Virus record (IMG/VR): IMGVR_UViG_3300038345_000144
Length of the DNA stretch: 64,000 nt
Source: a virus
Taxonomy: Duplodnaviria; Caudoviricetes
Direction: 5' to 3' (one strand)
Below are positions 9,813 through 18,926 of this stretch, piece by piece (position 1 is the stretch's first letter; every line of letters begins with the position of its first letter). A model generated the notes under the pieces. The model was not told the DNA's origin. It saw only the letters and a list, made by a program, of their open reading frames with translations, and ran no database searches. The translations under genes were made by a program, and so were the position numbers.

Positions 9813-10016
9813 TTACCAAGTAGCAGGCTCAATGACCTTAAAGTAACCTCTGTCAATGTTCTTCTGAAGAAACTCACGCCAATCGCTGGTATAACGAGGG
9901 GGCTGAATAGATTTGACATACTCTTCAAAAGTACCCTCGAAAGTGATTTCTTCAACTTCCCAATTTTCTGAATTCAAATCATCTCTGGTCGCTGTTACAA
10001 TACGCATAAATAACAA
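9813..10016 (-). CDS. hypothetical protein
   Basis: About 65 aa, downstream of a promoter and RBS. Confidence 0.65.
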   Translation of the reverse strand: MLFMRIVTATRDDLNSENWEVEEITFEGTFEEYVKSIQPPRYTSDWREFLQKNIDRGYFKVIEPATW

Positions 10017-10049
10017 GTTCCTTTCGCTCTCATATCGAGAATTTATACC

Positions 10050-10078
10050 ATAATACTATAAATTTTTGAGGTTGTAAA
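10050..10078 (-). promoter_or_regulatory. sigma70-type promoter related to the one at 1138-1166
   Basis: TTTACA-17 nt-TATTAT; shares spacer CCTCAAAAAT and an upstream box. Confidence 0.6.
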
Positions 10079-10203
10079 GTCCGAACATTCACAACTTTTC
10101 AATTTTGTCAACCCCTAAACTGTACGAATAACGGTACTCTTTCTCACTTTTCGTTACTTTTCTCGATTAACTTATCGAACCTTTATTATATATAAATAGT
10201 CGT

Positions 10204-10488
10204 TCATCGGAGGATTTTCTCAATGGTCATCTCGTCGATTAGACGGCTATCATATACATTTTTCCCCGTGATTTCTTCCAATTTATCACAAAAGTCCTTA
10301 AAATTGACAGGGACAGTGTTGCGATACTTATAAATTCCGTCACTTTCTTTAATCAAGTAAAGAAAATCGCCACCCTTAATCTTCTTGGGGGACTTAATGC
10401 TGAATATACAGCGTGTTCCCTCTGCTATAAAACTGCCAAGAGCGTCGGCATCTTCTCGTCCTAAAACTGTACCAACAGGAAATATCAT
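10204..10488 (-). CDS. hypothetical protein
   Basis: 94 aa, coupled overlap. Confidence 0.7.
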   Translation of the reverse strand: MIFPVGTVLGREDADALGSFIAEGTRCIFSIKSPKKIKGGDFLYLIKESDGIYKYRNTVPVNFKDFCDKLEEITGKNVYDSRLIDEMTIEKILR

Positions 10489-10871
10489 AATTCGCCTCTT
10501 CCTTCCAAATCTGCTAAAATCTGTATCTGACTATCAGGCAAGCCGTCCATAGACGGATGCGGGTTCTTCTCGTAATATCTCTGATAGAGATACTCGCACA
10601 TAGCCACTAAAACCTTACGGTCATATTTTTCTCTCGGTACATAGTTGAAATAATCGCAGAATTTCCACAAAGAACGGGGAATAACTCCGTGTGTATAGTC
10701 GTAGCGTACCGAAATAAAGCAATACTCCGAACCCGTACCTGCGGCTCTGTGGATAGGGATAGTTCCCTTGTAGAGATAGCCCTCAAATCTTGTTCCATCA
10801 TCAGAAAAATCCAATGAAGGCTCTCTTGCGATGTCCGTACCTGTAATTCTGGTGTGCTGTTGCTGTGCCAT
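10485..10871 (-). CDS. hypothetical protein
   Basis: AGGAGGAG RBS, 128 aa. Confidence 0.75.
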   Translation of the reverse strand: MAQQQHTRITGTDIAREPSLDFSDDGTRFEGYLYKGTIPIHRAAGTGSEYCFISVRYDYTHGVIPRSLWKFCDYFNYVPREKYDRKVLVAMCEYLYQRYYEKNPHPSMDGLPDSQIQILADLEGRGEL

Positions 10872-10893
10872 AGGTGTTCTCCTCCTACACTTG

Positions 10894-11253
10894 TTATACA
10901 GTTATAATCTGTTCGTAAACCAACTGTAATACTCTCTCGGCTTCATTCTTGTCAACATCTACTCTCTCCCACTTCTTTGTGTCTGGGTTCTGAACAAATG
11001 TCTTAAAATGAACCTCTCTAATGTTACCCTGTAAGTCCAAATCGAACTGAAGTTCTTGGTCTTTAGCGTCAATCTCGACCTTCGGGTAGATTTCTCCCCT
11101 CTCAAAAGCCTTTATCCATATAATCACGGTATCGTCTTTGATGGGAATGTCGGCATCATCAATCTTTCTGGCTATCTTACGAGCCGTATTGATGAGATTG
11201 CTCATAACTTCAGGGTCAAAATAACTTTCTTTCCTAATTGCTAACTTAATCAT
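10894..11253 (-). CDS. hypothetical protein
   Basis: 119 aa with RBS. Confidence 0.75.
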   Translation of the reverse strand: MIKLAIRKESYFDPEVMSNLINTARKIARKIDDADIPIKDDTVIIWIKAFERGEIYPKVEIDAKDQELQFDLDLQGNIREVHFKTFVQNPDTKKWERVDVDKNEAERVLQLVYEQIITV

Positions 11254-11276
11254 CTAATTTCCCCCTAAAAATTACT

Positions 11277-11321
11277 AAAAAATAGGAGGAAAACACCATT
11301 ATTTAACGATATTTTCCTCTT
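11277..11321 (-). terminator. terminator-like hairpin
   Basis: GAGGAAAA...TTTTCCTC stem then a T-run on the minus strand. Confidence 0.55.
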
Positions 11322-11344
11322 TTCTATTATAATTAAATAGTCTT

Positions 11345-12229
11345 TTATTGTGAAGTGCCTCCGAAATGTTTTAACAAGAACTTCGGTATTTTCTCTGATT
11401 TAGGCGTAGGCGGTACAATCTGTGATTTGTGGGCAACATAGTCCTCACTCCTCTTAATTGTATCAAGAAAGTCCTGTGGCAGTCTGGAAGTACACTCGGT
11501 AATCCAGCCTTTAGGAACGCCTCCCCAGAACGCTTCAGCAATCGCACCTGCAATACAAGCCATTGTATCAGCGTCACCGTTTAAGAATACGGCATTACGA
11601 ATGACATCTTCAAAGTCTTTACCCTCTAAAAAGCAGATAATTGACTCTGGGACCGTCTTTTGACACGACTCGTTAAAGCCATAGCCACTTTGTTTAATCT
11701 GTTTGCAGGTTCTAATTAAATCATAACCATACTTCTTCTCGATGTAGTCCTTGATTTCTTTTTTCGAGTGACCCGTTCTGGCTAAAAAGATAGCGGAAGC
11801 CGTTGCTTGAGCACCCTTAATTCCCTCTGGGTGATTGTGGGTAACTTCAGCCGTCCACTTGGCTCTTTCTTCTGTTTCCTCCAGCGTGTCATAAAACCAG
11901 CCAACTGATGAAACTCTCATAGCGGAGCCATTTCCCCAAGAACCATAAGGCTTTGGGTCTTTTTGATAAATCCAGCCACCAAATCCTGCTCCATATCCCG
12001 CACCAGGATATTTCTTACCGTATTTCTGCATTTGCTCTACAATAACAGGCAAGGCATCTTCTTCAGAATATCCGTGTGTCATTATCATCGCCTCGGCAAT
12101 AGCCATTGTCATTACACTATCGTCTGAATAGCGTGTATAAGGCGTAAATATCGGGAAATTTCGTATCGTACAAGGTAAAAACTCAAAAGGGACACCAATC
12201 ATATCCCCTAAAAATGCTCCATATAACAT
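11345..12229 (-). CDS. ADP-ribosylglycohydrolase (DraG/ARH family)
   Basis: GAFLGD..G.PFEF, YSDDS, GSWGNGSAMR, THNHPEG and GDADT motifs. Confidence 0.95.
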   Translation of the reverse strand: MLYGAFLGDMIGVPFEFLPCTIRNFPIFTPYTRYSDDSVMTMAIAEAMIMTHGYSEEDALPVIVEQMQKYGKKYPGAGYGAGFGGWIYQKDPKPYGSWGNGSAMRVSSVGWFYDTLEETEERAKWTAEVTHNHPEGIKGAQATASAIFLARTGHSKKEIKDYIEKKYGYDLIRTCKQIKQSGYGFNESCQKTVPESIICFLEGKDFEDVIRNAVFLNGDADTMACIAGAIAEAFWGGVPKGWITECTSRLPQDFLDTIKRSEDYVAHKSQIVPPTPKSEKIPKFLLKHFGGTSQ

Positions 12230-12235
12230 ATAAGG

Positions 12236-13018
12236 TCAGTTTCCTTTCTCTAATTCTGCTTTAAGTCTTTCAACTTCTGCTTTTAAGGACGCAATCTCTT
12301 TGTCCTTTCTTGAAACTACACCCTCGTACTTGTTCACAAGAACCTCGGAGTTCTCTGTAAGGCTGATAATCTTTGATTTGATGTCGGTAAAAGCGTTACT
12401 GAACTCTGGGTATGCCTGCTTGCCGTATGAAGCCAAAGGATAAACAAACTGTCTGGTTTCTCTCACATATTTGTGGAGTTTATCGGTTGGCATATTATAC
12501 AGGTCCTCGACATTGTGGCTTCTATCTGCCAGTTTGACAAGGATAGCATACTTGTTCTTTTTTATCTTATTGAAATAATCAAGTAACTGTTCATCGGTAT
12601 ATCCTGCACTCTTTGTAACCAATGAAACCACCGTATAGACTTCCTTTGGGAAACCATAATTAAGGACTAACTCCTGACCGCCCAAAGGGAAGAACTGCTT
12701 GCAATCCTCTAAAGTATCGTGGAGCAAGGCACTGGTTAACAGTATGTCCAATTCCTCATTAGGCATTGTGGTTCCAACAATACTAATAAGAGTGGAACAA
12801 ACCCTCAAAACGTGCAAGATGTAAGGGGTTTTATATTCCACTCCGTCAATGTTAGTATTACCTTTACGGTATTGTCCGTTATGAAATTGTCTTGCTAATG
12901 GCAAGGCTTTAAGGGTGTTGGTTAGTTTCAAACCTGTTGCATAACCTTTTATGAAATTGAAAGGCTTGCTATACAAAAACTCTTCTTCTTTGTTGTAGTT
13001 TTCTAAAATGCCTGACAT
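12236..13018 (-). CDS. HD-domain protein, RelA/SpoT hydrolase-like (small alarmone hydrolase-like)
   Basis: H.GQYRK...PYILH...ALLHDTLED...VKLADRSHN; likely start at ATG 13018. Confidence 0.85.
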   Translation of the reverse strand: MSGILENYNKEEEFLYSKPFNFIKGYATGLKLTNTLKALPLARQFHNGQYRKGNTNIDGVEYKTPYILHVLRVCSTLISIVGTTMPNEELDILLTSALLHDTLEDCKQFFPLGGQELVLNYGFPKEVYTVVSLVTKSAGYTDEQLLDYFNKIKKNKYAILVKLADRSHNVEDLYNMPTDKLHKYVRETRQFVYPLASYGKQAYPEFSNAFTDIKSKIISLTENSEVLVNKYEGVVSRKDKEIASLKAEVERLKAELEKGN

Positions 13019-13097
13019 AACTTTGACCCCCTTATAAGATTTTATAAGGTCATTATATCTCAAATCTGACAGGCAAGTAAATTACAAAAGATGAAAA

Positions 13098-13586
13098 TTA
13101 TTCGTCCTCGTTGACGACTTCCATTGTGAAATGTGACTTAAATTCATCGTCCATCAAGATATAAATATTAACAGGCATATCCAATGGCTCTTTTGTTTCC
13201 TTATCTATGAGGTGTAAAATGTGACCACCGTTTACCGTGTAGGTACTGCCATTTACACTAATCTCATACATATCGTCAACACCCGTATGTAGTTCGGCTA
13301 CTCTTTCAGCACCGTTAACTCCCTTTACTAAATCACCCTCTTGAATGTCTTGCGACATTTTGATACGGGAACCACTGGGTATGTCTGTTTCATAGTTTTT
13401 CTCAATGGAGAAAGTTCGCTTGATTTTCTTTCCGTCAACCAAGTCCAGTAAATAATATTTAGAGTAGTTCATACCCAGAAGTGTCTTAACCGTTACTCTT
13501 CTGGAGAACAACCCATAAAATACTCTTAACACATAGTCCTCGTCAGCGACGATAAAACTATGGTCTGATAGATTTATTTTATACAT
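13098..13586 (-). CDS. free-standing Hint-core protein (putative middle fragment of a three-piece intein)
   Basis: [34 protein letters not shown]...[11 protein letters not shown] (block B NxxH). No N-terminal Cys1 and no terminal HN. Confidence 0.85.
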   Translation of the reverse strand: MYKINLSDHSFIVADEDYVLRVFYGLFSRRVTVKTLLGMNYSKYYLLDLVDGKKIKRTFSIEKNYETDIPSGSRIKMSQDIQEGDLVKGVNGAERVAELHTGVDDMYEISVNGSTYTVNGGHILHLIDKETKEPLDMPVNIYILMDDEFKSHFTMEVVNEDE

Positions 13587-14793
13587 CTGCCAATCCTTCC
13601 AACTTTTTCTTGCTGTAAGGTGTTTTCTTCAACTTACGCAGAGCCTTCTTCTCAATTTGTCTTACACGCTCACGGGTTACACCCAACGCAAGTCCAACAT
13701 CTTCAAGAATATAAGGATGGTCATAAGGCGGTAGGGCAAACCTCATCTTAACGACTTTCTTCTCTCTGTCAGTAAGTACCTTATCCATTGTTTCCATCAA
13801 TGTTTCTTTAAGGAACTGTCTGTTACAAGCCACTTCTGGAGACTCGATAGTATCGGAGGTTACAAAATCACCAAAGTTGCTATCACCATCTTCACCCACA
13901 GGGTCTTCAAGTGATTTATCAACTCTTGTGTAATCTTGAGCCACCTTTATCTTCTCAACAGTAATGTCCCTCATTGTCTTTGGACCGTTTTCTCTAATCC
14001 AGCCACAAAGTTGTTCATCAGTTGGCTCGTAAATGCCCTTGTCCGTTAGGATAGCCTTTGCCTTTGTAATCTGCTGTAATACCTCATTCAAGTGAACAGG
14101 AATACGGATAATCTTACTATCATCGGCAATAGACCTTGTAACTGCCTGTCTAATCCACCAAGTAGCATAAGTTGAGAACTTAAAGCCAAGTGACGGGTCA
14201 AACCTATCAACAGCCTTCATCAAGCCAATGTTACCCTCTTGAATAAGGTCGAGAAGAGGTACACCTCGGTTGACATACTTCTTTGCAATAGAAACGACAA
14301 GACGCAAGTTACTGTTGATGAGCAACTCTTTCGCATCTTCATCGCCATTGACTACTGCCATAGCAACTTCTTTTTCCTGATTTTCCTCAAGTAGAGGTAT
14401 CTTACCAATAGCCTTGAGATAATCTTTAGTAGCGTCATCGGAAATGCTACGCTCATCGAGAACTGAAGCGTCCTTCAAGTCTTTCTCGACTTCCTCTGCC
14501 TCTTCTGCTATCTGCTTAATATCACTGGCAGTAGGCTCTTTTGCTTCTTCTTCAGGGGTTTCATCCCAGAAATCGAAATTAAAGTCCAAATCCAAGTTAA
14601 ATGACGGAGTTATATTGACAATGGTAACTCCTCGATTTTCTAACTCGGTAATAGCCTCTATAAGTTGGAAGTCGGACTGTAAATCTTGGTTTTTCCAAAG
14701 TTCTGTCTTTACATCACCTTTAAGAAGCGTCATATCACACTTCTTGGCAACTTCTTCCAATTTGTCTATCTTACTTTCAAGTTTCTTATTCAT
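13579..14793 (-). CDS. RpoD/SigA-like sigma70 factor
   Basis: [46 protein letters not shown] and [10 protein letters not shown] motifs. Confidence 0.95.
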   Translation of the reverse strand: MNKKLESKIDKLEEVAKKCDMTLLKGDVKTELWKNQDLQSDFQLIEAITELENRGVTIVNITPSFNLDLDFNFDFWDETPEEEAKEPTASDIKQIAEEAEEVEKDLKDASVLDERSISDDATKDYLKAIGKIPLLEENQEKEVAMAVVNGDEDAKELLINSNLRLVVSIAKKYVNRGVPLLDLIQEGNIGLMKAVDRFDPSLGFKFSTYATWWIRQAVTRSIADDSKIIRIPVHLNEVLQQITKAKAILTDKGIYEPTDEQLCGWIRENGPKTMRDITVEKIKVAQDYTRVDKSLEDPVGEDGDSNFGDFVTSDTIESPEVACNRQFLKETLMETMDKVLTDREKKVVKMRFALPPYDHPYILEDVGLALGVTRERVRQIEKKALRKLKKTPYSKKKLEGLADV

Positions 14794-14849
14794 ATTAAAA
14801 CTCTTCCCTTACATTTGTTTATAATTTGCCTACTATACCCTATATATAG

Positions 14850-14878
14850 AGTATATCACCGAAAATATGTTTTGTGAA
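14850..14878 (-). promoter_or_regulatory. promoter upstream of the sigma/IntM gene pair
   Basis: TTCACA-17 nt-TATACT with TGn extended -10. Confidence 0.6.
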
Positions 14879-14881
14879 TGG

Positions 14882-15694
14882 TTAGGCTACTTTCTTGGCT
14901 ACAACCACGAACCTACCGTTTTCTGTATGGTAAGCACAAGTAGAAAGCGTAATGAATACATCGCCGTACTGTAACTGACTATCCGCAGTAAATACTGATT
15001 TACTTGAGATATGGTTCCAAATGGTACTAAACTCGCTTTCGTTGTGTAACCAAACACAATCGTAGATTTGGTCATCAGCAGTTGTGTAGTAAGCACCCAC
15101 TACCTCATACAAGCCGTCACCCCAAATAGTATTAAACTTGATGAACTTATGCTCACTATAAGCGTCATAGTTCTTATAATACTTCTGAAGGCTACCGAAC
15201 ATTGTACCTGCCTGCATATGGTGTCCAAAGATTATGATATTAGTTGTCGGAATTCTTGCATCGGACCCAGCGTTCATAAAGAGCGTTCCCGAATTACTGT
15301 AATCTCCGTAGAAATCTCGGTGAATATAGTATTCTTCGTCCACCCTTGTCTGCATAACAGGGTAATCAATTACCGTATCGTCGATTGTAAGCCAACCAAC
15401 GAAATCTCTGTTCTGGTTATACAAATCCGCAAAACCATTATAGTTGTAGTCCTCTGGAACAGGCTGGTCGGGCGGTATATAAGTCCAATCGTCCTTTCTG
15501 TTTTTAGCGTCATCGTACTGCTGTCGCCAGATTTGGTTCTTCAACTGCTGGTTCTTCATTTCATCTTCCCAGATATTTTTGAAGTACCAACCCATAATGC
15601 CTAACGGAACTATGATAAGCAGTATGAAGAAAATGACTAAAGCAACACTTCCACCTGAACTTCTCAACTGTGCTTTAATTCTGTGCCAACTCAT
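14882..15694 (-). CDS. srtB: class B sortase
   Basis: N-terminal TM; GWL.I..T.IDYPVMQ, IIFGHHM..GTMFGSL, TLSTC and GRFVV motifs. Confidence 0.93.
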   Translation of the reverse strand: MSWHRIKAQLRSSGGSVALVIFFILLIIVPLGIMGWYFKNIWEDEMKNQQLKNQIWRQQYDDAKNRKDDWTYIPPDQPVPEDYNYNGFADLYNQNRDFVGWLTIDDTVIDYPVMQTRVDEEYYIHRDFYGDYSNSGTLFMNAGSDARIPTTNIIIFGHHMQAGTMFGSLQKYYKNYDAYSEHKFIKFNTIWGDGLYEVVGAYYTTADDQIYDCVWLHNESEFSTIWNHISSKSVFTADSQLQYGDVFITLSTCAYHTENGRFVVVAKKVA

Positions 15695-15726
15695 TCACAT
15701 AAACTTCCTTTCATATATAATAACGA

Positions 15727-16524
15727 TTAGTACACTAAAGTATCTTCCATAAGTACGGGCTGGTCTACACCCAAGCAACCTGTACCACCACAAATAAGGA
15801 TAGATGTGGAAGGAACAGTAGGGTACAACTCCTCCGACTTATTCTGGTCGTTTAAGTACCAACCGATAGCAGAAATCTGCTGTGTGTTAGGGTTGATTGT
15901 CAAACCCATAGGAACGATATTCCAATAAGGGTCGTCTTTTGGTGAGAATGAAGCCTTATTAGGAATAGGCTGTCTTTTCTTACACTCGACCATAATTACA
16001 CCCTGGTCGATAAAGGTCTTGATATAGTAGTAAGAGTAGTGGATAGACTTATCAGACATTTCCGTTACAAACTCTTTCTTATCAACTTCTTTACCACCTC
16101 TATCATAGTTAATATAAATATACTTACTATCATAGAAGATGATTGAAGTACCCAAACGCTTTTCAGCAATTTCGAATACCCAGTCATCAAACGGTGCTTT
16201 TCTCAAGAATATCATCTTGTCGAGCAATCCTATGAGCAAGATACCCAAAGAGATTACTCCCAAGCCACCACATACATAGAAACGATAGATGTGGTTAGCC
16301 GTTAATTTGATAAACATAGGGTTGCCTGTTTTTGGGGCTACAATTGCGGCGACAATTACTAATACCGTAAATACAAACCCGAATATAGCCAAAAACTTAC
16401 ATACTTTATAGAACTTATAGCATTTTTGGTGTTTGGGCTGTATGCCCTTCAACACCTGCTCGTCGTCCTTACTGTCGGCAACACTCTTTTCATCAAGGAA
16501 TGATTTGCCTTTGTTTTCCGACAT
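15727..16524 (-). CDS. split FtsK/TcpA-like ATPase, N-terminal precursor (membrane N-extein fused to 16-aa IntN)
   Basis: Two TM segments; VPMGL..W.LN; ends ILICGGTG|CLGVDQPVLMEDTLVY* (half Walker A followed by intein block A). Confidence 0.9.
   Translation of the reverse strand: MSENKGKSFLDEKSVADSKDDEQVLKGIQPKHQKCYKFYKVCKFLAIFGFVFTVLVIVAAIVAPKTGNPMFIKLTANHIYRFYVCGGLGVISLGILLIGLLDKMIFLRKAPFDDWVFEIAEKRLGTSIIFYDSKYIYINYDRGGKEVDKKEFVTEMSDKSIHYSYYYIKTFIDQGVIMVECKKRQPIPNKASFSPKDDPYWNIVPMGLTINPNTQQISAIGWYLNDQNKSEELYPTVPSTSILICGGTGCLGVDQPVLMEDTLVY
15730..15777 (-). other. split intein N-fragment (IntN, 16 aa)
   Basis: Cys1 codon at 15775-15777; C-h-x-x-D-x-P-V-L-M-x-D block A pattern. Confidence 0.85.
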
Positions 16525-16568
16525 AAGTTTACCTCCTAAACATTTCCTTTCTTATATGTAGCGTTCCT

Positions 16569-18905
16569 TTAGAATTGTAAACCCTTTTTGTTTAGATTTA
16601 ACTTAATCTTCGGTTTCGCTACAATATCCTCGCCTGTGAGAATAAATTTATTCTCTTCGGTATAGTTATTGATATGGTTCTTCTTGGCAGTGTTATAAAG
16701 GCTAACAATGTCCTGCTCCTTCATACTGTCAGTTACTACCATATTGAGTTTATCAAGTGCTGACTGGTCTAATGAGAAACCGTCTGCCTTTGACTGTATC
16801 ATAAATATCTGGCACAACTGTTGCTTGTTATATACAGGCAACTCATAAATGATAGTAAAGTTAGACTGAATTGAACTGATAAACTGTGATGAAGTATCAG
16901 CAATAACTACTGTTACATCGGGATTGTCTGTCAAAGCAGTCATAATAGCGGAAAGAGCCTCCGAACTATATGAGTCCTGACTGTTGTTCAACATATTCAA
17001 GTTTCTGACAAGTAAAACACCGCCACTGGCATAGGCAACGATAGCCTCGGCTCTCTTGGCAGTATGTCCGACATAAGAACCTTTAAGGAATTCTGCCTGC
17101 AAGTCAAGATACTTGTTTTCTGTGATATAGCCCAACTGGTGTAAATAACCAGTAAGAACCTTAACATAATTGGAGCAATCGTTCTCACCGAGCAACAAAA
17201 TCTTCTGTCTTTCGGTCTTACCATAGAACTCCTTTTGGTTCTTGAGCATATCCATTTCTGCCTTAAATGTCTCTGCACCAATCATATTAGCAATATCGTT
17301 ATCAGGGTTTTCAGAACCGTTCTTTAATCTTGATTTAAGTTCTGCCTGTCTTACGATACTCTCGTCTAACTGGTTAGAAGCACCTGCGTTCTTGAGTTCG
17401 TGCTGTAAGGCTACCTTACGGCTTGCTGTGTATTTCTGGACATCTTCCAAGATAATAGAATTAGCGTTGTTATGTGTAGCACTACATCTATCGGCATAGT
17501 TATCCATAATACTATCAACAGCGTTTCTTACTGTACGAGCGTTACCAAAGGACTTTGACTTCTTTTCAAGTGCAAAAGTTTTAAGTAACTCTTCTTGAGC
17601 GTCGGGCGTAAGAACATACTTCTTGCCACTATAATCACCAATGAAGTAATTAAAGATATTGAGCATTTCGTCAACTGTATAGTCGGGGAAATAGATTGTA
17701 TGCTTGATACGGGACTGGAAACCTTCGTTTGATGCAATCAACTTGGTCATCTGTTCCTCATATCCAGCCAAAATAACGACAAACTCACTTCTACGGTCTT
17801 CCATAGCCTTCAAAAGAACACCAGTAGCATCGGCTCCTCGACCATTCTTATCATACAAGAGATAAGCCTCGTCGATAAACAATACGCCACCAATAGCATA
17901 ATCGAGAATAGCAGAGGCTCTCGCTGTATCACCAGCACGGAGATAGTCACCTGAAATCTCAACATATTGGTTCTTCTGAATAACCTTTAAGTCGTATAGG
18001 ATTTTAGTTACGATACGGGCAACAGTTGTTTTACCTGTGCCTGCACCACCCATAAACGCCATATGATTACCGTTATTGGATTGTCCAAAGAATTGAACTC
18101 TGTTTCTAATCTTCTGAACCTGCTCTTTAACCGAGTCAAGACCAATCATAGCCTGTAAGTCTTTTTCACTATCGGAAGAGCCTTCATAGGTCTTACTTTC
18201 AATATCAGCAGGAAGATACGGATTTACTGGCTTATTTTCAGCCTTTTCTTCTCCGTCATCTTCCATATCGTCTGCTTCAGAGTATATGCCCCCGTCCTTA
18301 ATGCCTTCCAAAACATCATTCTTATAAGGAATGTCAAACATTACCGCAGAAATTCTCATAGGCTTTTCCATAGAAATTTCCGAGCAAGTCTGGAAGATTA
18401 CATCAGGCGAAGCGTCTGGTCTGGCACAATACATTTCGTATATCATCTTCAATTTTGTGGAACTTCTGAAATTAGAAGGCACTGTTTTTATGAAGTTATA
18501 CAATTCTTGTTCTTGTGTGTCCAACTTCTTAATAAGGGACTTTCGGCTTGCAGATGCCAACATAATTGAAGCCGTAACTATAATAGCACAAAGCACCAAA
18601 CCAAGAATGGCTCCCGCAATCAAAGCACTGGACCAATTCTCCTTGACCGCCCCAATTAAGTCTCCGTTGTTTTTGTTAATAATAACCGCAATAAAAGTTC
18701 CTAAAACAGCAATAAAGGTCAAAACCAATGTTGGCACGACCTTTACTGATTTAATATAACTAAATTTTTCCTTTTTGTAGAAACCTGTTTGGAATGTTGA
18801 ATTGGGACGGAGGTTGTGGTGATAGAACTTCGAAATGTTATTTTCGTAAGCCTCAATCGCTCTGGCATTATCGTCAAGCGACATATACCAACTCTTTATC
18901 GTCAT
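16569..18905 (-). CDS. membrane-anchored SpoVK/CbbX/EccA-type AAA+ ATPase (second AAA domain degenerate)
   Basis: Two TMs; MIGLDSVK, GGAGTGKTTVAR, GGVLFIDEAY and FGNARTVRN. The second repeat keeps GSYVGHTA but lacks Walker A and B. Confidence 0.9.
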   Translation of the reverse strand: MTIKSWYMSLDDNARAIEAYENNISKFYHHNLRPNSTFQTGFYKKEKFSYIKSVKVVPTLVLTFIAVLGTFIAVIINKNNGDLIGAVKENWSSALIAGAILGLVLCAIIVTASIMLASASRKSLIKKLDTQEQELYNFIKTVPSNFRSSTKLKMIYEMYCARPDASPDVIFQTCSEISMEKPMRISAVMFDIPYKNDVLEGIKDGGIYSEADDMEDDGEEKAENKPVNPYLPADIESKTYEGSSDSEKDLQAMIGLDSVKEQVQKIRNRVQFFGQSNNGNHMAFMGGAGTGKTTVARIVTKILYDLKVIQKNQYVEISGDYLRAGDTARASAILDYAIGGVLFIDEAYLLYDKNGRGADATGVLLKAMEDRRSEFVVILAGYEEQMTKLIASNEGFQSRIKHTIYFPDYTVDEMLNIFNYFIGDYSGKKYVLTPDAQEELLKTFALEKKSKSFGNARTVRNAVDSIMDNYADRCSATHNNANSIILEDVQKYTASRKVALQHELKNAGASNQLDESIVRQAELKSRLKNGSENPDNDIANMIGAETFKAEMDMLKNQKEFYGKTERQKILLLGENDCSNYVKVLTGYLHQLGYITENKYLDLQAEFLKGSYVGHTAKRAEAIVAYASGGVLLVRNLNMLNNSQDSYSSEALSAIMTALTDNPDVTVVIADTSSQFISSIQSNFTIIYELPVYNKQQLCQIFMIQSKADGFSLDQSALDKLNMVVTDSMKEQDIVSLYNTAKKNHINNYTEENKFILTGEDIVAKPKIKLNLNKKGLQF

Positions 18906-18926
18906 AAATTACCTCCGATATTTACA

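Noticed and set aside
7348-16524. Pseudogenisation or RNA-level splicing as the explanation for the broken FtsK
   Set aside because: Each piece has its own start and an intact frame, with all catalytic intein residues present. No group I or II intron features were seen at the junctions.
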